From: a candidate division WOR-3 bacterium
Lineage (GTDB): Bacteria > Hydrothermota > Hydrothermia > LBFQ01
Reading direction: 5' to 3'
Length of the DNA: 27,420 bases
Assembly (NCBI GenBank): GCA_027050205.1
Contig: JALUCS010000114.1
Location: 1-27,420, forward strand
Shown in pieces: positions 25,623-27,420 of this stretch. The stretch's first letter is position 1. Every line of letters starts with the position of its first letter. Both the position numbers and the translations under genes were made by a program. The notes under the pieces were generated by a model, which had not been told where the DNA came from, did not search any database, and worked only from the letters and a program-made list of their open reading frames with translations.

Positions 25623-27032
25623 ATGGTTAAGCTGTTTATCTTTGACAAACTGCGACCGCTGATGGGGGAGACGAACTCCTCCTCCGTCCACGTCCTCGTC
25701 CTTGGGCGGGAAACCTCCGAAGACTTCAAGGACTACGTCTCCATCCTAAAGGGCTACGCCAAAGACGGCAAACTCGGACACGTACCCGGCCACAAACCGT
25801 GGCCGAACGAGGCGATACGGGGCTTGGAACTTTGGAACTACATAATAGCTGCACTTTACGATTTCAGGAGGGACGATATTGCGAAGCGGTTGTCCGAGGT
25901 TCTGGGGGTGGAGGTAGTACCGGACATAGGCTTTGAGGCCCTAAACCCCCTCCTCACGACCTACACCCTTGATAACGATAGCAGCTCTTTAGAGAACCTC
26001 TACTCTCCCCTGCGTAAGGTCAGAACTCCGGGGCAGCTCAACAAGCTCCTCAACGGGGTCCTCGTCGTCACCGCCGACTGGTTCTTTGAGCCGAGGGACT
26101 GGGAGGTGCTAAGGGATGTCTTTAAGCCGGGTATGATATACGAAAACGGCAACAGGATAGTTCTCCTGTATCCGGAGACGGGCAAGAAGATACGCCTGAA
26201 GACGGACTTTGAGGAGTACAGGCCGGAGTTTCCGGAGTCCATAGACCTGAACGTATCCTACAGGTGCGACGTCGGATGCCCCTACTGCTACATATCCGCC
26301 ACACCGAACGGGGAGGAGTGGAGGTTTGATCAGAGACTTTTGAGCCAGATTTTCAGCTCTACCGGTGCGGATATTTTTGACCTGTGGCGGGAGAACGATA
26401 GCGTTGGCCTTGACTACCACCCCTTCATTGAGGTGGCCATAAACGTCAACAACCTCTTTGACTTTGGGAACCTCAAGGACCTCGTTGAAGACTTCAAGGT
26501 CAGCTCCTTCATCCCGAACCTTACCCTCCACTACACCACCGCCCTTAAACATCCGGAAATCATTACGGACCTACCCGCCCAGTGGGTGGGCGTCAGTACT
26601 GCGTCAGCCGAGCAGATAGACCGCGTGCGCTCCCTCTTCCCCGAAGGGAGGATAGTCTTCCACGTAATAAACGGTGTATTCAGGGACATAGAGAAGGTCA
26701 AAAACGAGAACGTCCTTATCCTCGGATACAAGAGTATGGGCAGGGGGGTGGGGTACAGGCCCCGGCTCTGGGAGTGGGACGTCGTAGAGACCCTGATGGA
26801 GAACGGGAACAACGTGGCCTTTGACGACCTCGCCGTTGAGCAACTAAGGGCCAAGGAGCATATAGGGGACGATTACTTTGACCTCGTCCATATGGGGATG
26901 GACCGCCAGCACGCGATGTTCATAGACCTGGTGAAGAGGGAGTTTGCCCATACCTCAACCTCCGAGAGGCGGTTCAAGATAGAGGGGAGGAGCCTGAAGG
27001 AGATGTGGGACTTCCTACAGAGCCAACCGTAA
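25623..27032 (+). CDS. Radical SAM protein with a ~170-aa N-terminal ETNSSSxH-motif domain; start uncertain (25614, 25623 or 25662)
   Basis: CDVGCPYC (CxxxCxxC) at 26265-26288; ETNSSSVH at 25668-25691; TATAAT at 25606-25611. Confidence 0.85.
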   Translation: MVKLFIFDKLRPLMGETNSSSVHVLVLGRETSEDFKDYVSILKGYAKDGKLGHVPGHKPWPNEAIRGLELWNYIIAALYDFRRDDIAKRLSEVLGVEVVPDIGFEALNPLLTTYTLDNDSSSLENLYSPLRKVRTPGQLNKLLNGVLVVTADWFFEPRDWEVLRDVFKPGMIYENGNRIVLLYPETGKKIRLKTDFEEYRPEFPESIDLNVSYRCDVGCPYCYISATPNGEEWRFDQRLLSQIFSSTGADIFDLWRENDSVGLDYHPFIEVAINVNNLFDFGNLKDLVEDFKVSSFIPNLTLHYTTALKHPEIITDLPAQWVGVSTASAEQIDRVRSLFPEGRIVFHVINGVFRDIEKVKNENVLILGYKSMGRGVGYRPRLWEWDVVETLMENGNNVAFDDLAVEQLRAKEHIGDDYFDLVHMGMDRQHAMFIDLVKREFAHTSTSERRFKIEGRSLKEMWDFLQSQP

Positions 27033-27155
27033 TACCTTTTCACCCTTATAATGCCGGGTGAAGGAGGTATAAAAAGCCGAGCAGGTAGTGTAGTGAAGGG
27101 AGGCCGTAAGCCCGTCCCCGGGAGAGAGACAGAGGAGGCAGGGGAGGGGCAGGGA

Positions 27156-27256
27156 GCCGCCGGGGAGGTGTGCCTACAGCGGGTGGTCGCCTAAGGGCGG
27201 CCTATGGGAGGGACCGGCCCCAGTCCCGGCTGGGGGCTGTGAGGCACACTGGCGGC
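27156..27256 (+). ncRNA. Candidate structured RNA (three-way junction on a long stem), family unknown
   Basis: Nested helices GCCGCC/GGCGGC, GTGTGCCT/AGGCACAC, ACAGC/GCTGT, GGTCGCC/GGCGGCC, CCCCAGT/GCTGGGG; upstream TATAAT at 27047-27052. Confidence 0.4.
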
Positions 27257-27420
27257 GAGGTTTTGGTGTATCAAATCGTGGGACGAGGATGTAAGTTTGC
27301 AAATTTTCGGAGATGCAAGACTGGAGGTTCAGCAAAAATCGGGGTGAATGGCGGGGTGTAAGTTTGAAAATTATTTATCTGACGTATCGGGTGGAATTTA
27401 AACGTCTCGTGCAATATGAC

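Noticed and set aside
249..26854. Many long antisense or alternate-frame ORFs (e.g. 249-1133, 4802-5506, 9837-10757, 19534-20565, 21800-22747)
   Set aside because: They shadow well-supported genes, have no recognisable motifs, and are expected from GC-rich codon bias
1..27420. CRISPR array, transposase, integrase or att duplication of the tRNA-His 3' end
   Set aside because: No regularly spaced repeats, recombinase motifs or second copy of the tRNA end were seen by eye

Overview
Gene-dense chromosomal window from a GC-rich diderm bacterium. A T9SS-type C-terminal sorting domain and a TonB-dependent receptor suggest an FCB-group lineage such as WOR-3 (inference). Most genes are housekeeping or envelope genes: amidase, ABC permease, HerA-like ATPase, rodA, NYN nuclease, HMG-CoA lyase, phoU, thiD, dprA, PorZ-like propeller, M23 peptidase, tRNA-His, hutI, GlmL-like protein, TonB-dependent receptor, sua5, pduO and a patatin. 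Notable points: (1) the last gene fuses an 'ETNSSSxH'-motif domain to a phage-type radical SAM domain and is followed by a candidate structured RNA; (2) 15 operon-leading genes have a TAnAnT -10 box only 6-9 nt before the start codon, implying leaderless mRNAs and correcting several ORF starts; (3) non-lipoprotein exported proteins begin with very short, uncharged hydrophobic N-termini instead of normal signal peptides; (4) a small decaying island holds paralogous secreted proteins and a collapsed T9SS-cargo pseudogene; (5) there is a perfect 18-bp operator and a ~430-nt region of nested inverted repeats next to tRNA-His. Family calls come from motif recognition only; no searches were run.
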